A program made the position numbers and the translations under genes. Below, piece after piece: positions 50,710-62,517 of a DNA stretch of 64,000 nucleotides (position 1 is its first letter; every line of letters begins with the position of its first letter). The notes beneath the pieces were generated by a model. That model did no database searches. It worked only from the letters and a program-made list of their open reading frames with translations, and had not been told where the DNA came from. This DNA comes from an uncultured delta proteobacterium (GTDB lineage Bacteria; Desulfobacterota; WTBG01): contig CAWCBP010000008.1 in NCBI GenBank assembly GCA_963793865.1, positions 448,001 to 512,000 of the forward strand, given 5' to 3'.

Positions 50710-50737
50710 GTAGGGGCGACCGGCCGGTCGCCCCTAC
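50710..50737. repeat. GTAG-type REP palindrome, copy 4
   Basis: perfect 28-bp palindrome GTAGGGGCGACCGGCCGGTCGCCCCTAC. Confidence 0.9.
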
Positions 50738-51108
50738 AGTTATTTGGGAACTGAATCCCCGAAGCATTGAGCTGCGTATCATGTTCTCCAATAACCTCCT
50801 TTTATCAGGATTAGGTATTGCGCGATTTATTCAATTTAGCGCAGGTATTGCGCAATTTTTTCATTACTAATGTCAGAAAAATAAGGAATTTTTAGGTAGG
50901 GCAGGAGTGTAATTGCGCCTTTTTGGGCAGAATGCGAAAAAGCCATTGAGCTTTTCAACAAGAACCATATCAGTCATAGAAATCGTTTTAAAACTCTTAG
51001 TTAAATGTTTTATGGAGAGATGTATGCCACAAAACTATTAAAGAAGATGCACAATTCAATTATACCTTGACTTTTATTGTCAGTAGGTATAATGAACTTT
51101 ATTAACAA

Positions 51109-51156
51109 GGGGATGGAGTGCCCCCTAAAAATGCCGTAAAGGCTGATGACTCCTAC
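51109..51156 (+). ncRNA. fluoride riboswitch (crcB motif)
   Basis: GGGGATGGAGTGCCCCC-TAAAAAT-GCCGTAAAGGC-TGATGACTCCTAC fits the consensus incl. GGAGT/ACTCC pseudoknot; TATAAT at 51088. Confidence 0.92.
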
Positions 51157-51200
51157 TGCAGCAGATGCTACGGTGGGAGGATAAACAGAAAGCCATCGAG

Positions 51201-51228
51201 ACCCACCAATAGCCTGGTGGGTTTTTTA
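51201..51228 (+). terminator. riboswitch expression-platform terminator
   Basis: ACCCACCA-ATAGCC-TGGTGGGT followed by a T run, before the first ATG. Confidence 0.8.
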
Positions 51229-51257
51229 TTTGATCTCAACTGTAGAAGGATGTCACG

Positions 51258-52406
51258 ATGGGAAATATCTGGCTGGAATCTGCCCTATGGGTCTCATTAG
51301 CCTTACTTGCATCTCTGGTTTCTATCCGCCTTGCCATATCTGTTGCACTCATAGAAATTGTAGTGGGTGCAATTGCCGGCAATCTGCTCCATCTATCACT
51401 CACTCCCTGGATTAACTATCTCGCCGGTGTGGGGGCGATACTTCTTACCTTTCTTGCGGGTGCAGAGATTGATCCGGCAGTGGTGAAAAAGCACTTCTGG
51501 TCAAGCATGTCCATCGGTATCATGGGGTTCGTTGCCCCTTATGCCGGGGTGCTCCTCTATACTCATTTCATGTATCAATGGCCGTGGCCGCAAGCACAAA
51601 TTGCAGGCATTTCACTTTCAACCACTTCAGTGGCCGTGGTGTATGCGGTTATGCTCGAAACCGGCTTTAACCGGACCGAGATAGGTAAAATTCTGCTTGC
51701 GGCATGCTTCATAAATGATCTCGGCACCGTTCTCGCTCTGGGCATAATCTTTGCTAATTACAATATCTGGCTTGCCTTCTTTGCCTTGGTAACAGCCCTG
51801 ACTCTATGGTTGTTGCCCAAATTTGTACCCTGGTTTTTTAAAAAGATAGGCAATAGAATAAGTGAGCCCGAAATAAAATTCATCATGCTGTTACTCTTTT
51901 TCCTTGGTGGTATGGGCACTATTGCAAAAAGCGAGGCTGTACTGCCGGCCTACCTCGTCGGTATGGTCCTCGCACCTTTTTTCCTTAAAGAAAAAGTGCT
52001 TTCCCAGCGCATGCGAGTCATCGCTTTTACAATGCTTACGCCTTTCTATTTTCTCAAAGCCGGCTCACTGGTGAAGTTTCAGACTGTGGTGTTGTCGGCG
52101 GGAATCATCGCAGTTCTTCTGCTGGCCAAGATGCTTACAAAAACGATTGGTATCTGGCCTCTTACCAAGGCTTTTACGTTTAATAAACGAGAAGGCATTT
52201 ACACCACCCTTATGATGTCAACCGGACTGACTTTCGGCAGTATCTGTGCGTTGTTTGGCTTGACCAATAACATAATCAATCAGGATCAGTATACAATTCT
52301 AGTCACGGTGGTAATCGGCAGCGCGGTTATTCCCACGTTGATTGCCCAGCAGTGGTTTCATCCTGATCTAAACCTTATTAATGAGGAGGAAAACGACAAT
52401 GTATAA
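51258..52406 (+). CDS. cation:proton antiporter (CPA2-like)
   Basis: polytopic; FLAGAEID, STTSVAVV, FINDLG. Confidence 0.88.
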   Translation: MGNIWLESALWVSLALLASLVSIRLAISVALIEIVVGAIAGNLLHLSLTPWINYLAGVGAILLTFLAGAEIDPAVVKKHFWSSMSIGIMGFVAPYAGVLLYTHFMYQWPWPQAQIAGISLSTTSVAVVYAVMLETGFNRTEIGKILLAACFINDLGTVLALGIIFANYNIWLAFFALVTALTLWLLPKFVPWFFKKIGNRISEPEIKFIMLLLFFLGGMGTIAKSEAVLPAYLVGMVLAPFFLKEKVLSQRMRVIAFTMLTPFYFLKAGSLVKFQTVVLSAGIIAVLLLAKMLTKTIGIWPLTKAFTFNKREGIYTTLMMSTGLTFGSICALFGLTNNIINQDQYTILVTVVIGSAVIPTLIAQQWFHPDLNLINEEENDNV

Positions 52407-52818
52407 AAAAGTTCTTCATGGACTTGATGGTTCAGAAGGATCCTTGCGTGCACTGGATGAAGCAGTACAACTGGCCAAATATTATGCAGCTGAACTTCAT
52501 ACCATATCAGTTGAGGAGCTGCCACGCTATCCAGGGGCCATTGGTGAGGTAGTGGAAGAAAAGATAATAGCTAATGGTGCGTTTGGCAGTGCAGTTGAAA
52601 AGGCCAGGCAAATGGCCGGAAGAGAGGGCGTGGATATTACCACTCACGTTATTGTCGGCCATGAGGTAAAAACCATACTGGAATTTATAAAACACAAAGG
52701 TTTTGACCTGATGGTTATAGGATTTATGGGCCACTCAGCCATCTATGACCGGGTTATGGGCAGTACCTGTCAGAGTCTGGTACGACTTGCCCCCTGTTCA
52801 GTCCTGGTAGTGAAATAA
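52399..52818 (+). CDS. universal stress protein
   Basis: YKKVLHGLDGS, DLMVIG, MGST, APCSVLVVK. Confidence 0.92.
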   Translation: MYKKVLHGLDGSEGSLRALDEAVQLAKYYAAELHTISVEELPRYPGAIGEVVEEKIIANGAFGSAVEKARQMAGREGVDITTHVIVGHEVKTILEFIKHKGFDLMVIGFMGHSAIYDRVMGSTCQSLVRLAPCSVLVVK

Positions 52819-52878
52819 TTTTTTCAAAACCAGTATGGAGAGATATTTATAGGACGACCATTTAAAAGAGCAGCAAAG

Positions 52879-54405
<1,527 letters not shown>

Positions 54406-54423
54406 TCCATAACCGGCCAGTTG

Positions 54424-54633
54424 ATGAACGTTAGCATCTATTTATTAATTGGTTTGCTTTTCAGCCCTATTGCGGGGGCTATGGCTTTTTTGATATTCTA
54501 TAACGAATATCTGCACCACTTTCCCGATAAAAAGCGGCCTTTCAAAATTGCCATTGAAGCTGCCATATTAACACTCGTGCTATTTATTATTTTGAGTATC
54601 GTTGCTGGATTTTTCATAGCTAAAACTCAGTAA
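54424..54633 (+). CDS. small two-TM membrane protein
   Basis: two hydrophobic segments around YNEYLHHF. Confidence 0.65.
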   Translation: MNVSIYLLIGLLFSPIAGAMAFLIFYNEYLHHFPDKKRPFKIAIEAAILTLVLFIILSIVAGFFIAKTQ

Positions 54634-54685
54634 TTACTTTATCTTGTTCTCGTGTTGGTCAACCTTCCACGAGAGATTAACGGCC

Positions 54686-55099
54686 ATGCTTAACGAATTC
54701 CAAAAAAATGCCTTTGCAGGGATCCTGCGCACAATCGAAGAGATACTTCAAGTTATGGCATGTAAGATGGAGCATGCCGGTTACCAGGGGATTCTATATG
54801 AAGATTGTATTGATGAGTCTCTCTTAAAGAACCATGATGATTTTTTTAATAAAAAGGCCCGAGTTGGGGAAATTTTACAAAATCTACAGCAGCAGTTTGG
54901 ATTGGAAAGAAGGATAATTGATGTTAAACGCAATATGCGTGGCAGCCTCCATTATTGCTTGCAAATTCTTGATGATGCACGGGCAGGAAAACTGAAAGGA
55001 TATGGTACGATTACCGAAGGAGTGGACGCAACGATTGATCCCCAAATACATCAAATCAAAAAATCCCTTCAAGAAATGATTGCACTAGTCAGCTCGTAA
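54686..55099 (+). CDS. hypothetical helical protein
   Basis: ORF with KLKGYG motif directly upstream of the dynamin-like gene. Confidence 0.65.
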   Translation: MLNEFQKNAFAGILRTIEEILQVMACKMEHAGYQGILYEDCIDESLLKNHDDFFNKKARVGEILQNLQQQFGLERRIIDVKRNMRGSLHYCLQILDDARAGKLKGYGTITEGVDATIDPQIHQIKKSLQEMIALVSS

Positions 55100-55153
55100 G
55101 TAAGAGCTACCCTATTCAAGGGATATAAAACACAAACAGCACGTTAATCCAGG

Positions 55154-56860
55154 ATGAATGCCATCAAAGATTATACGCAACTACCGATACAGCAGAATTC
55201 CGCAAAGGATGCTTTAGAGAAGATACGAAATGCGGCAGAGCGTTTTAATATCGTATCTCTCTACCGGCAGATAGAAGCCTGTGAGATATTGCTGGCGGAA
55301 AATCAGTCTATTGATATTGCGATTCTTGGCCAATTCAAGGCAGGCAAAACTTCATTTATCAATTCACTGATCGGGAAATCAATCCTGCCGGTGGGCGTGA
55401 TCCCGGTGACAACGGTGATAACACGTATTGCACGGGTGCAGTATGGATTGACCGAGCGGGTGCTGGTACGGTTCCTGGATGGCACACAACGTACTATTCC
55501 TTTGCCGGACATTGAGGAGTATATAGCGGAGTCAAAAAATCCCGCCAACATAAAAAAAGTGGCCATGGTTGATGTAGAGCTGCCGCTTTTTGAACGGTAC
55601 CATGGACTGCGGCTGGTCGATACCCCGGGTCTGGGAAGCGCCTATACCTATAATACGGCAACATCAGAAGAGTGGCTGCCCAAGGTGGGAGCGGCCATCG
55701 TTGCCATCAGTTCTGAACGCCCGCTTTCAGAAAGTGATGTACAATTGCTTCGGGAGCTCATGGACTATACGCCGGAGATCATACTTCTTTTGACCAAGGC
55801 AGACCTGCTGTCATCCGATCAGAAAGCCGAGGTCATTACTTTCCTGAACGATACAACCAGGAAGGAGCTTGGTTGCACGTTTCCAGTCTTTCTCTATTCA
55901 ATTAGAAGTGATGAGGATACTTATAAAAAGAGGCTTGATACAGAACTTTTTGCTCCCTTATCACATAACCTTGGCGCCGAACTGCAGAAGATATCACGGC
56001 ATAAAATCACCTCGCTTGCCCGTTCCTGTGCCGGTTATCTTGGAGTTGCCCTTCAGGCATCATTACAGGCAGATCATGACCGGGAAGAGGTGAAAAATCT
56101 TATCCTGGATGAAAAAGTAAATTTTGACCTCATGCGCTCAGAACTTTTGCTGATTGCCAGAGAGCACATGCTCCAGACACGCACGCTGATTGCAGACTAT
56201 CTTGAATCTACTTACAAACTATTGCTGACCCGTAAGTTGATGGCAGCGCTAAAACATGACATGAAATCATGGAGGGGAAATCTTTGGAAATTTACCAGAC
56301 GATATGAACAGTGGGTGAAGGAAAGAATGATGGAGGAGATGGGTAGCATTTCAAAAAGTCAACCCCGGCAGTTTTTTGAATCACTTGATAATGCCCGAAC
56401 TGCCATTGCTCGATCCCTCGTACTTTTTAAAGACCATCTCAACAGTAATATTGAGAAGGTATTAAAAATGAGGCTCGGTGAAGCGGACTGGAATATCGAG
56501 GTGACACAACCCGGTTGTGCCGATCTTACCTTCACCCGGACATTTGATTTCCACCTTGACCTCTTCTGGTTTCTCATTCCCATGGTTGTTTTCAGGAAGG
56601 CCTTTGAACGCCATTTTCTGAGCCAGATCCCCTGGGCAGTCGAGGTGAATCTGTCACGCCTCGCTTATCAGTGGGAAGTCAGTATTAACCGAACCATTGA
56701 GGCAATAAGGGACAGGGCGTTACGGTATGTGCAGGAAGAACTTTCAACGATTGAAACGCTTTTATCCAACCGCCATGGACAAACAGATGTCTTGCGCCAG
56801 GCGCTGCAGGATATTCAGGGTCATTTGCCAGACAGTGAGGCACTGAGTGTCATTCCTTGA
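55154..56860 (+). CDS. bacterial dynamin-like GTPase
   Basis: GQFKAGKT (G1), PVT (G2), DTPG (G3), TKAD (G4), long helical C-terminus. Confidence 0.88.
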   Translation: MNAIKDYTQLPIQQNSAKDALEKIRNAAERFNIVSLYRQIEACEILLAENQSIDIAILGQFKAGKTSFINSLIGKSILPVGVIPVTTVITRIARVQYGLTERVLVRFLDGTQRTIPLPDIEEYIAESKNPANIKKVAMVDVELPLFERYHGLRLVDTPGLGSAYTYNTATSEEWLPKVGAAIVAISSERPLSESDVQLLRELMDYTPEIILLLTKADLLSSDQKAEVITFLNDTTRKELGCTFPVFLYSIRSDEDTYKKRLDTELFAPLSHNLGAELQKISRHKITSLARSCAGYLGVALQASLQADHDREEVKNLILDEKVNFDLMRSELLLIAREHMLQTRTLIADYLESTYKLLLTRKLMAALKHDMKSWRGNLWKFTRRYEQWVKERMMEEMGSISKSQPRQFFESLDNARTAIARSLVLFKDHLNSNIEKVLKMRLGEADWNIEVTQPGCADLTFTRTFDFHLDLFWFLIPMVVFRKAFERHFLSQIPWAVEVNLSRLAYQWEVSINRTIEAIRDRALRYVQEELSTIETLLSNRHGQTDVLRQALQDIQGHLPDSEALSVIP

Positions 56861-57293
56861 TAGTAAGCGTCCGGACAACATCGGCCATGGACTCTTTCCC
56901 GCGTAAACGCGCCAGTTCTATCGGCGATTCCTGAAACCCTTCAAGCGAACTGAAAAGCCTGTCCACAGGGTCACCGCCTGTGGTCGGAACAAGAAAAATA
57001 TGCGTGTGGGGTATCCGCCGGCCCCGGGCATACATGCTGACAAAATCGGGTTTATATACGCGCATTATTTTCTGAGCTACCGTCTGAGCCACCGTAAAGA
57101 GACTTTCTCCCTCTTCCCTGGTCAAATCATACCACCAGGGAACATGGCGCTTCGGGATAACCAGGCAGTGGCCTTTGGTAAGCGGCTGGATATCGAGAAT
57201 ACAGAGAGATAATTCATCTTGATGGATGATATAGGCGGGTGCTTTGCCCGCTACAATATCACAAAAAACACAGTTGTTCTGAATGTCTGGCAT
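56850..57293 (-). CDS. HIT family protein
   Basis: CVFC, GHCLVIPKRH, IPHTHIF. Confidence 0.88.
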   Translation of the reverse strand: MPDIQNNCVFCDIVAGKAPAYIIHQDELSLCILDIQPLTKGHCLVIPKRHVPWWYDLTREEGESLFTVAQTVAQKIMRVYKPDFVSMYARGRRIPHTHIFLVPTTGGDPVDRLFSSLEGFQESPIELARLRGKESMADVVRTLTIKE

Positions 57294-57387
57294 GTAGATT
57301 CCTCCCTCGCGAAAAATAGTTTAAGGAGGAGTAGCATAACAGACCTTTTTGGTCAATACTTTATAAGTCGCTTATCACGTACGTCTC

Positions 57388-58599
57388 ATGAATACAGATA
57401 AAAAGATATTTGGTCTTCAAAAAAACATCTTTTTTGCCGGGCTGGTGAGCTTTTTCATGGATGTAAGCTCCGAAATGGTTTATCCCCTGGTACCGCTCTT
57501 TCTCGCGAACGTCCTCGGAGTCAATAAATTCCTAATCGGGCTGATCGAAGGGATAGCGGAATCAACCGCAAGCATTCTCAATGTCTTTTCCGGCTGGTGG
57601 TCGGATAAGATCAGAAAGCGCAAGGACCTCATGATTGCCGGCTACTCCGTCTCCACACTGAGCAGGCCTATAATGGCCGTCGCACATAGCTGGCAGCATA
57701 TCTTGACGGGTCGGTTTATTGACAGGGTGGGAAAAGGGATACGCACCGCCCCGCGTGATGCGATCATTGCTGAATCATCCGACCCGGCACATCTTGCCCG
57801 CTCATTCAGCTTTCACCGTTCACTGGACACCATGGGCGCGGTTGTCGGCCCTTTGCTTGCGATCCTTTTGCTGCAATGCTTTGCCAATAGCTATAGGACT
57901 GTTTTCTGGTTCTCGATGCTGCCGGGAACAATTGCCGTATTCATTGTGGTACTGTTTATTAAGGAAAAACAACACGACATCGCCGCGCAGCGGATAGAGG
58001 CACCACGGCTGACCCTCAAAGTTTTCGATAAAAAGGCTCGGTTTTTTATTCTGATTGCAACTATATTTGCCCTTGGCAATTCAAGCGACATGTTTTTGAT
58101 TCTTAAGGCACAGCAGGTTGGTATCCCACCGCCGGTCATTCCGGGCGTGTATCTTCTCCTCAATCTTGTTTATTCGCTTTCCGCAGTGCCCGCAGGCATA
58201 ACGGCTGATGCATTTGGCAAGAAAAGGGTAATATTGATGGGGTTTGTACTTTTTGCGATTTTGTATTATGGCTTTGGGGTTGCAACAACGGCAACTGCCA
58301 TCTGGTTTTTATTTGGACTTTACGGCGTTTTCATGGGACTTACGGAAGGCATCCAGAAGGCATATCTCGCAACCATCGTATCTCCGCACGTTAAGGCAAC
58401 GGCATTTGGCGTGTATAGCACCGCCATCGGTATCAGCAAGCTTCCTGCCAGTCTGATTGCCGGATGGCTTTGGGATAGAGTTTCGCCGGCCATGACCTTC
58501 TACTTCGGGGCGGCAACTTCTGTTGTATCAGCAATGTTATTCATAATACTCATCTTTATTTCGAGGAACTCGGAAAAACTACAAAGGGAACAAAATTAA
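57388..58599 (+). CDS. MFS transporter
   Basis: SFFMDVSSEM, GWWSDKIRKRK, DRVGKGIRTAPRDA. Confidence 0.9.
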   Translation: MNTDKKIFGLQKNIFFAGLVSFFMDVSSEMVYPLVPLFLANVLGVNKFLIGLIEGIAESTASILNVFSGWWSDKIRKRKDLMIAGYSVSTLSRPIMAVAHSWQHILTGRFIDRVGKGIRTAPRDAIIAESSDPAHLARSFSFHRSLDTMGAVVGPLLAILLLQCFANSYRTVFWFSMLPGTIAVFIVVLFIKEKQHDIAAQRIEAPRLTLKVFDKKARFFILIATIFALGNSSDMFLILKAQQVGIPPPVIPGVYLLLNLVYSLSAVPAGITADAFGKKRVILMGFVLFAILYYGFGVATTATAIWFLFGLYGVFMGLTEGIQKAYLATIVSPHVKATAFGVYSTAIGISKLPASLIAGWLWDRVSPAMTFYFGAATSVVSAMLFIILIFISRNSEKLQREQN

Positions 58600-58798
58600 T
58601 ATACACATCCCATGCTTACTGCCTATGAAGCATTTATATTCCCCCACAATAATTATGGTTCTAATTTTTTAATTCTTCCAAGATATTTTTCTTGTATAAT
58701 GAGATATGGCTGGCTTCATCAAATAATGGCTCAAGGGATTGTGTCGAAGGATAACATATAATCATTTCTTCAATAATTCATTATATGGGAGGTGTGTT

Positions 58799-59273
58799 AT
58801 GGTTACGATCGACACTTTAAAAAACAATGAACTTTTTCAAGGAATTTCTGATGCAGAGCTGCAACAAGTATTGCCATTCTGCAAAGAAAGGAGTTTTGAT
58901 GCAGATACAACTATCTGTAAGTATGAAGAAAAAGGCAAAGAATTTTTTTCTCTTATTAGATGGTAATGTTAACCTTCAGATTCCAACAGAAAAAGAATTC
59001 GGTATATCAGTCGTTTTTGTAAAAGCAGGTAGCGCCTTTGGTTTCTCAGCTCTCATCGACCCTTACAGGTATACCGCTACAGGAAAGTGTGACACAAAAG
59101 TAAATGTAATTGCTATTGCAATTGATCCTTTTCTAGATTTTATCTCTAATAAAAATAACAGAACCGGCTTCTTGGTTATGAGGAATTTGGCTCGTATCCT
59201 GATGCATCGCCTTGATGCCACTCGAAAAAATTTAAGCTATTTAGTATCACAGATACCAATTGCAATTCCTTGA
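58799..59273 (+). CDS. cyclic nucleotide-binding domain protein (frameshift in T run near 58945)
   Basis: LKNNELFQGIS.., then FFLLLDGNV, AFGFSAL, YTATGKC. Confidence 0.75.
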
Positions 59274-59538
59274 AAAGATGCAAGATTTCAACTGGAATCA
59301 GGGTTAAATATTCATAGCATCGTAAACCTGCGACCTCCATACCATAGTGCAATATAAAATCGGAAAAGGCTTTGGACTGGCAGAAGGTCAGGAAACTTAT
59401 ATTCACCTGCGCCCCCTAGCTTCTGCCTGTTATCAGGCAACGTTCATCCTGGAATCCGATAGATTTTTAAATTAATGATCCTAAAATATTCATTAACTCA
59501 GGTCTCTCAATGAATTCGCAGCGTGATTTTTACACGTT

Positions 59539-60386
59539 ATGGATGATAAGATCAATTTCACGAATAACATAGTACGAAATATTTTAAGCGGTTTATCTGG
59601 GAAGCACAATTGGCATTCTTGGCGGATTAATTGGGTTGGGTGGTGCGGGATTTCGTTTACCGTTATTGGTTGGCTTATTCAAATTCAAAACTCTTCATGC
59701 CATTATATTAAACTTGGTTGTAAGTTTAGCCACGGTATTCTTCTCTTTCATTTTTAGGAGTACTTCAATTCCCATGTCTCTTATAGGACAAAATGCCCAT
59801 GTCATATTAAATCTTTTGTCTGGCTCTTTAATTGGCGCATTGATTGGGGTTAAGCTTGCGACGAAACTTGATGCTCACAAACTGGATATAATTGTTTTTA
59901 TATTCCTTTTATTTCTTGGTGTTTTTATGATTATTCACACTCAGGTTCACTTGGGACATCTTTATGTATCGCTCATAATAAGAAGTATTGCAGGATTGTG
60001 TGCGGGAATGGTAATTGGAATATTCAGCAGTATGCTTGGTATTGCTGGTGGCGAATTATTAATACCTACAATAATTCTGCTTTACGCTATTGATATCAAA
60101 TTAGCTGGCAGTTTAAGACTGTTGTGTTAGTTTTCCAACTGTCATAATAGGAATAATGAAATACAGGAAACATGAGCAGTTTATGATTGTAAGGGACAAT
60201 TTGGCATTTATTAACTGCATGGTTATTGGTTCTGTCATTGGATCATTTATTGGCAGTCGGATACTTGTAGGAATGAGTACAAATACTCTACAGATAATTT
60301 TAGGAACAGTACTGATAATGTCGGCAATTCATATGGTGATGAGGAAAGTATCAGATCGAGGCATTAACAATGAAATAAATGTGTAA
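59539..60386 (+). CDS. TauE/SafE-family exporter (frameshifted)
   Basis: GGLIGLGGAGFRLP and SSMLGIAGGELLIP repeats; pieces in three ORFs. Confidence 0.8.
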
Positions 60387-60480
60387 GATTTAAAACTCTT
60401 TTGTAATAATTTATAATGAACAGTTCATAATGGTTTTTTGAAACTGATGATTATACATTCTCCCAAATCAGATCATATTT

Positions 60481-60897
60481 TTAAATCAACATTCTCCCGA
60501 CTTCACGGGCAATTACTTCTATGTGAATGCTCCCGGCGTATTTAACTTCTTCTTCAATAACGACAATTGGTGAAGGCAGTCTATTAGTCACCAGCAGTTG
60601 TCCAAATTTAGATTCTTTTTCCTGTGGCACCCAAAGCAGATTAACGTATTCTATTGATGTCCTACCCGGATATAATTTTTTCAAAGTAGATTTTAGCTCA
60701 TTAGCCATTATCTGAACCGAAGCATAGCCAGACCCACAGGTTATTGGATTGCAGCCTAATCTAATGGTAGGCAAGTCAAAAATTCTAATTTTCACAAAAT
60801 TTCTTTTTTCTATCTCTTGTTTTTTGGGTTCATAATAGATTTTTTTTAAATAACCAACAATAGCGGAGAATTTTGTGTGTTTTAAAGAAGCCTTCAT
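60481..60897 (-). CDS. hypothetical protein, possibly thioredoxin-like
   Basis: IEYVNL...SPIVVIEEEVKYAG; CNPITC. Confidence 0.5.
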   Translation of the reverse strand: MKASLKHTKFSAIVGYLKKIYYEPKKQEIEKRNFVKIRIFDLPTIRLGCNPITCGSGYASVQIMANELKSTLKKLYPGRTSIEYVNLLWVPQEKESKFGQLLVTNRLPSPIVVIEEEVKYAGSIHIEVIAREVGRMLI

Positions 60898-61060
60898 ATA
60901 ATCATTCCCTCAAATCCTTTTTTAAATCTCCCTCCATTCACCGATCACATGTTGCAAAGCAGATAAATGATACAAACTAATAATTACCTTGATGAAATGT
61001 ATAACCACTCCGTCACATACAATTGAAAAAGTGGCTTGCGCGGTATGAGCTTCTCACCTG

Positions 61061-61085
61061 TTCCGGAGACCAACGCTCTATCCAG
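61061..61085 (-). other. tRNA-Arg(CCG)-like fragment, D-loop to anticodon
   Basis: minus strand reads CTGGATAGAGCGTTGGTCTCCGGAA. Confidence 0.55.
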
Positions 61086-61164
61086 GATATTGGGAAAACT
61101 GTTCCATAGATACTACCCAGTCGTTATGTGAATATGGTAATAATGAAAGGGTAGGGCCTTAAAT

Positions 61165-61188
61165 TTTTGTGTGGGCTTTTGTGTGGGC
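61165..61188. repeat. 12-bp tandem repeat TTTTGTGTGGGC x2 (integrase arm-site-like)
   Basis: exact tandem about 115 bp from the tRNA-Glu fragment. Confidence 0.6.
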
Positions 61189-61302
61189 TTTTTTCTGAAA
61201 TCAGGGTAAATTGGGTGCACAGGGTTACACAGGAATACACATCAACTTTAGGAATATCAAAAACTTATAATAAAACAGGTGACTTGAATATCTGTTCCTT
61301 CT

Positions 61303-61348
61303 GCCTTTCACGCCGGCAACAGGGGTTCAAATCCCCTTGGGGACGCCA
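61303..61348 (+). other. 3' half of tRNA-Glu(TTC), att-site remnant
   Basis: GCCTTTCACGCCGGCAACAGGGGTTCAAATCCCCTTGGGGACGCCA: anticodon, T-arm and CCA present, 5' half absent. Confidence 0.88.
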
Positions 61349-61433
61349 AGGTAATTAAAGAGGTTAGCCAATTCAGGCTGGCCTCTTTGTGCTCTTGTGA
61401 TCTGGTACAGTAAAAAGAAGCGGGGTCGGGGAA

Positions 61434-61473
61434 CAGGGTTCAGGGTGTAGGGTCCAGGGTGCAGGGCGGAGGG
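61434..61473. repeat. imperfect heptamer tandem repeat (CAGGGTN)n
   Basis: CAGGGTT CAGGGTG TAGGGTC CAGGGTG CAGGGCG GAGGG. Confidence 0.7.
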
Positions 61474-61781
61474 GAAATAGTCAACGGTCCATTGTCTACG
61501 GAAGCAGACCGGCTCAGTTGGGTTACCCATTTTCTTGTAATGCATGCTATCTTCTCCCCGGCAGGCTGCCGTTTAATGTAACGCTCAAGCCTGAGGGCAT
61601 CGCTTTTCGACATTCCTCTACTGACCGCCATTAGCTTAACCGGCAGGCGCGATTTTGTATATTTTGCACCCTTCCCGGCATTGTGCTTCTCAATACGGCT
61701 GGTGATGTCATTGGTGATCCCGCAGTACAGGGTATTGTCGGCACATCGCACCAAATAAACTTTCCAGTGCATATTTCGCAT
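61440..61781 (-). CDS. GIY-YIG nuclease family protein
   Basis: VYLVRCADNTLYCGIT, RIEKHNAGKGAKYT, ALRLERYIK. Confidence 0.9.
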   Translation of the reverse strand: MRNMHWKVYLVRCADNTLYCGITNDITSRIEKHNAGKGAKYTKSRLPVKLMAVSRGMSKSDALRLERYIKRQPAGEKIACITRKWVTQLSRSASVDNGPLTISPPPCTLDPTP

Positions 61782-61789
61782 TCCCTTTG

Positions 61790-61975
61790 CTAAGCATCGG
61801 AGTATTTATAGCAATTTATCCCAATCCGAATATTTTCAGCGCCAGGGATGGGGACGTTCCCACGTGTCGTGGCGACCACAATAGTTTTTCCTGATTTGCT
61901 CGGACCAAAGTCTTTGCTTAGGTCTATAGTGATAACTGCTTTATTGTCTTTGACCTCAATCTGTACATTATCCAT
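61790..61975 (-). CDS. small hypothetical protein
   Basis: IDLSKDFGPSKSGKTIVVATTRGN; AGGAG RBS. Confidence 0.75.
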   Translation of the reverse strand: MDNVQIEVKDNKAVITIDLSKDFGPSKSGKTIVVATTRGNVPIPGAENIRIGINCYKYSDA

Positions 61976-62517
61976 TGTAATCTCCTAATTAATTCTGATG
62001 TGGTGCCTCCTCTATACCACACAACTGCTTACAGGGTAAAGGAGAAGGTAGGATGAGAAATTCTAAATTAAATAGAATCAATACCGGGGGAATAGAAATT
62101 ACTCAACAGAAAATGTTGGCTGCCTGTGGATAAGTACAGGTTTGAAATAAAATCAGCATGTATTGTTTGTGTTATTAGCACATTGCTCAAATTTTGACCA
62201 TTTAGGAATGCCAATAGAAACAGATAGTTATAAAGAAGCAGTAGTGTTCGTGCTGGAAGTGGTTTATGGCTTTCTTTTTTATACCCAAGATATCCACAAT
62301 GATAGAGAAGAATTCAATAGCTTGTGTTTATTATCCTGCATGACATTAATTTTTTTCCATTGCATATTCAAGAAGAAAAAATAGTCAAATGTAAAAAATA
62401 ATTACGTTGCGTCTTTATGATATTATTTATAGATTGTGATATTCAACCTGTGCACCAGACCGGTAGTGCAATGTCGGGCAGGCCACTGTCGTCGCAATAA
62501 GTTACTATAGGTATGAA

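Noticed and set aside
1666..50737. CRISPR array from the 28-bp palindromes
   Set aside because: Copies are dispersed, with no spacers or cas genes.
61303..61348. Functional tRNA-Glu gene
   Set aside because: 5' acceptor strand and D-arm are missing.
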